Shown one piece after another: positions 61,238 through 64,000 of a stretch of DNA of 64,000 nt. The notes under the pieces were generated by a model. That model was given only the letters and a program-made list of their open reading frames with translations, had not been told where the DNA came from and did not search any database. Position 1 is the stretch's first letter; each line of letters starts with the position of its first letter. The translations under genes were made by a program, and so were the position numbers. Source of the DNA: Eledone cirrhosa (Eukaryota); the NCBI GenBank assembly GCA_964016885.1, contig OZ024757.1, positions 35,774,001 through 35,838,000 of the forward strand. Reading direction: 5' to 3'.

Positions 61238-61420
61238 GGGCGGTGGTTTGTCAGAGTCGAACAGATGCTTAGCAGTATTTGTTCCGTCCCTCTACGTTCC
61301 GAGGTCAACTTTACTTTTTATCCTTACGGGGCTGATACAATAATATACCAGTAAAGAACTGGGGTCGATATAATCGACTTTTCCCAAGCCCTCACAATAA
61401 TGGTCTTGTACCTAAAGAAA
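61238..61420 (+). mobile_element. Diverged SINE related to family A
   Basis: GAGGTCAACTTTACTTTTTATCCTTACGGGGCTGATACAATAATATACCAGT core and GGTCTTGTACCTAAAGAA tail. Confidence 0.65.
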
Positions 61421-61451
61421 TTCTTATACTCTCTATCTCTCTCTATATATA

Positions 61452-61535
61452 AGGCGTATGGCTTAATTGTTAGAGCATTGGCTTGCAATCGGAAGGTTGT
61501 GAGTTCGATTCTCGGACTGGGTGATGTGTTCTTTG
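61452..61535 (+). mobile_element. tRNA-like SINE head
   Basis: A-box-like TGGCTTAATTG and B-box GAGTTCGATTC at tRNA spacing. No acceptor stem. Confidence 0.55.
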
Positions 61536-61689
61536 ACCGAAGACGTTTTTATATATATCCGAATGTGGTTGACACCAGGAAAAAGGAGTACTCAATACCG
61601 ATATAGAGTTTTAATATTCATTATTAATCCGGAGTTTCGCCTGTTTATCACAGAGTCACCAGATAAGACTATATATATATATTGTTATA

Positions 61690-62330
61690 CATTGGGAGAG
61701 TCATGTTGCCAATAAAAACACAGTTGTTTTTCACTTCAATTTATTATAAATTTCCTGTTCATTGGTTCGATAACCGGAAGGTTTATATATTGTCAAAGCT
61801 CTTTCGTCACATTCTGTGACCTCCTCAGTGACTAGATTTTTATTTTGTGTCTCTCCTTTGTTCTGTCCTACACCATCTTGTTTTTGTTTGTTGTGTGCTT
61901 AGTTTGCATATGCGTTACATCCGGGTTTTTATTTATTTGTCACTAGTTGGTTGTTTGTTCTATCTGTGTGTGCCCGTATGTTTTCATGCTGTCCTTAATT
62001 ACTTGTTGTGATGTTGCTATTCCACTCATGTTTTCTGTTTAATTTTTGTTGCCTCTGTGATTTGTCTGAGCATTGCATCTTTTCTGTGTGTGGATATAAT
62101 TTTTATCTCCATATTCTCTAATATGCCCCTATGTTCTATTTTGGCATGTTGGTGGAGTACTGATGATTTTTTTCCCATCCTGGAGTTCTCGCCAGTGTTC
62201 ACTTATCTTTCCTCCTACGCTACGGGCTGTTTCAACTATGTATGCCATGTTCTTATTCCTACACTGTCCCTCAGTATATCTTTTACTATATACTACATTT
62301 CTAGTTTTGCAAGCCAAGCCTGCAAAACTG
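61690..62330 (-). mobile_element. Penelope-like element 3' relic (GIY-YIG endonuclease plus pLTR)
   Basis: Minus frames read CKTRNVVY...C...AYIVETARSVGGKISEHW and DAMLRQITEA (62051-62079), followed by a hammerhead motif and AATAAA. Confidence 0.75.
61790..61833 (-). ncRNA. Minimal hammerhead ribozyme (Penelope-type)
   Basis: Minus strand reads GTCA-CTGAGGA-G-GTCACA-GAA-TGTGAC-GAAA-GAGC-TT-TGAC: stem I GTCA/TGAC, perfect 6-bp stem II, near-palindromic stem III. Confidence 0.65.
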
Positions 62331-62369
62331 GTATTATAATAAGATCTCTGTCAGTCCATCCATCACTCT

Positions 62370-62615
62370 CTCTATATATAGAGAGGGGGAGTGTCAAGCA
62401 AGAGATGTATACATAGATAGAGAAAAGGGTGTTTTCGAGGTGACAGAAAGCGGTAGATAGATAGAAAGTTATGACGTCACCCTCATCTATATAGAGAGAG
62501 GGGAGTGGCAAGCGAGACATATCTACATAGATCGAGAGAGAAAAGGCAACGTCATTGGTTTACAGAAAGTGTGTGACAGAAAGAGGGAGAAAAAGGCATC
62601 ATCCTTATCTAGTAT
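62370..62615. repeat. Diverged direct repeat (period about 115 bp)
   Basis: CTATATAGAGAG.GGGAGTG.CAAGC.AGA.....TACATAGAT.GAGA occurs at about 62372 and 62487. Confidence 0.5.
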
Positions 62616-63007
62616 ATATTTAATATGGCTTAGTAGTGAGCTTTGTTCCTCTGGAGTTTCACCTGCGAACTCACACGATGATCAGACGAGACTCTTAATT
62701 CCTGTGAGGTATAGCAATGTTCTTTAATGAATGTGTAGTTGGATGTCTCTCCATTGTCAGAGTCAGGTCTCTGAGCATAGAGAGTGTTTCACCAGCTACA
62801 AGTAGATGGGACGTGTCATTATATATACATATATGGCCTTGTTCTGTGTATGAACATAAATAATATAATATTTCTGCTCTCTTACCAATTAAGCTGTTTT
62901 CCTTTTTCTTTTTCACATCTACGGATATTGCTACACACACATATATGCATATACTGTAAACATAGTTGGTTTTGGGAAGGGCATTAAATGGTGATGATGA
63001 GATATAT

Positions 63008-63185
63008 AATTGTTTCTACTTTTGGCACAAGGCCAGCAATTACCCAGTACATGACTGATACTTTATTTTATCGCCTCCTTAAGGATGAAAGGCAAAGTTA
63101 AGCTCAGCGGGATTTGAACTCAGGCCGTAAAGGGACGTAACTATGCTGGAAAGCATGGCGTCCGACTCTCTACCAATACTGCCAA
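63008..63185 (-). mobile_element. SINE family A copy
   Basis: Reverse complement aligns along nearly the full length of 44096-44277. Confidence 0.88.
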
Positions 63186-63409
63186 GATGTATATAATGTT
63201 ACATAATCAGATGCTGTAGCTATAGTTAGTAAATATGTAGACTTTACATAAGGTTGTATGATGTAATTTTAATAGCAAATTAATTCTGATAAACTCCTCT
63301 ATTTCCTGTATATTAAGCGACAACAATGATTACTTTAAATATATCTGTTTAGATGTTGAATATCTAGTGTTTATCAATATTGAAATGTAGTAAAATTTCC
63401 AATGTTGAA

Positions 63410-63765
63410 TCTCCCCAAAGATTCTTTGGAGTAACATTATTCAATAGAGTTTGTAGCTCAAAGATCAGAGAGTCACTCTAGCTAGAACCACTGATTCTCC
63501 AAATTGAGGGATCACAGTTCCAATACTATGGGCATGTGGTTAGAATGTCTCAGGAAAGAATTGCTGGACAGATTTTATGGGCAAAACCAATCGGCAAGAG
63601 CCTCATGGGTAGACCTCAAGCAAGATGGTTGGATAACATCTATGAGAGGGGCTGGTCTCACTTGGGAATCAATTGGAGATGGTTGCTTCTGACAGGACCC
63701 ACTGGAGGGAGTGTTTCAAGACTTAACCCCAACAACCTTCCTAGGAATAAGTGAAAGAAGAAGAA
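63410..63765 (+). mobile_element. RTE-like LINE 3' relic
   Basis: GVTLFNRV.SSKIRESL..EPLILQIEGSQ.QYYGHVVRMSQERIAGQILWAKP.G....GRP.ARW.DNI. Confidence 0.82.
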
Positions 63766-63794
63766 AAATTTCTACTTTTTAATTATCCTCTATA

Positions 63795-63870
63795 TCGGGC
63801 GTGCAATAGGCGGCCCATGGGCCACAATCCAGCCCTCCAGACCAGTCAGAGTGGCCCGTGATTACTGTTT
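63795..63870 (+). mobile_element. Possible hAT (Charlie-like) DNA transposon end
   Basis: GCGGCCCATGGGCCACAATCCAGCCC...TGGCCCG resembles the GCGGCCCGCGGGCC..ATCCGGCCC subterminal motif. The other end is not seen. Confidence 0.4.
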
Positions 63871-64000
63871 TTAATTTTTACCCTGTAGGCATATTTAGAA
63901 TTTTTTTCTTAACCGTAATACAATTTTCTGTTAGTTGACCTATACTAAAGGGCCTCACTGATAGGGTTATGTGTGTTATAATTTCCCAGTTTCATAGTTG

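Noticed and set aside
61452-61525. tRNA gene
   Set aside because: A and B boxes are present but there is no acceptor stem or clean cloverleaf. It continues into SINE-like sequence.
62485-62613. Non-autonomous Helitron (A|TC...CTAG|T)
   Set aside because: The termini fit, but the subterminal hairpin is only 4 bp and misplaced, and no second independent copy is in the window.

Overview
Eukaryotic, AT-rich, repeat-dense DNA. The C2H2 zinc-finger style ([11 protein letters not shown]...[10 protein letters not shown], single coding exon, no KRAB) and the SINE/LINE content look octopod (cephalopod); that assignment is an inference. Bases 1-42.5 kb are one composite satellite with a strict grammar: an array of 46-bp monomers, a 44-bp terminal variant, a CT-rich block punctuated by CGTTTCAT, and a conserved cap. 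It has 20 arrays (about 130 monomers) and switches polarity twice. The first switch flanks a Helitron Rep relic (7.1-8.9 kb). The second is a perfect 137-bp-arm palindrome at 24814, the axis of a roughly 26-kb inverted repeat whose rare variants are mirrored. All long S/L/R/E-rich ORFs there are low-complexity artefacts. Bases 42.5-64 kb hold two convergent tandem C2H2-ZNF genes that share a highly conserved 5' exon segment with a uORF. This part also has a head-to-head pair of paralogous ETS/NRF1-type promoter candidates, Penelope-like relics with minimal hammerhead-ribozyme motifs, RTE- and CRE-like LINE relics, two SINE families (one carrying an expandable 48-bp minisatellite) and mariner/piggyBac-like MITEs. 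All calls were made by eye; no database searches were run.
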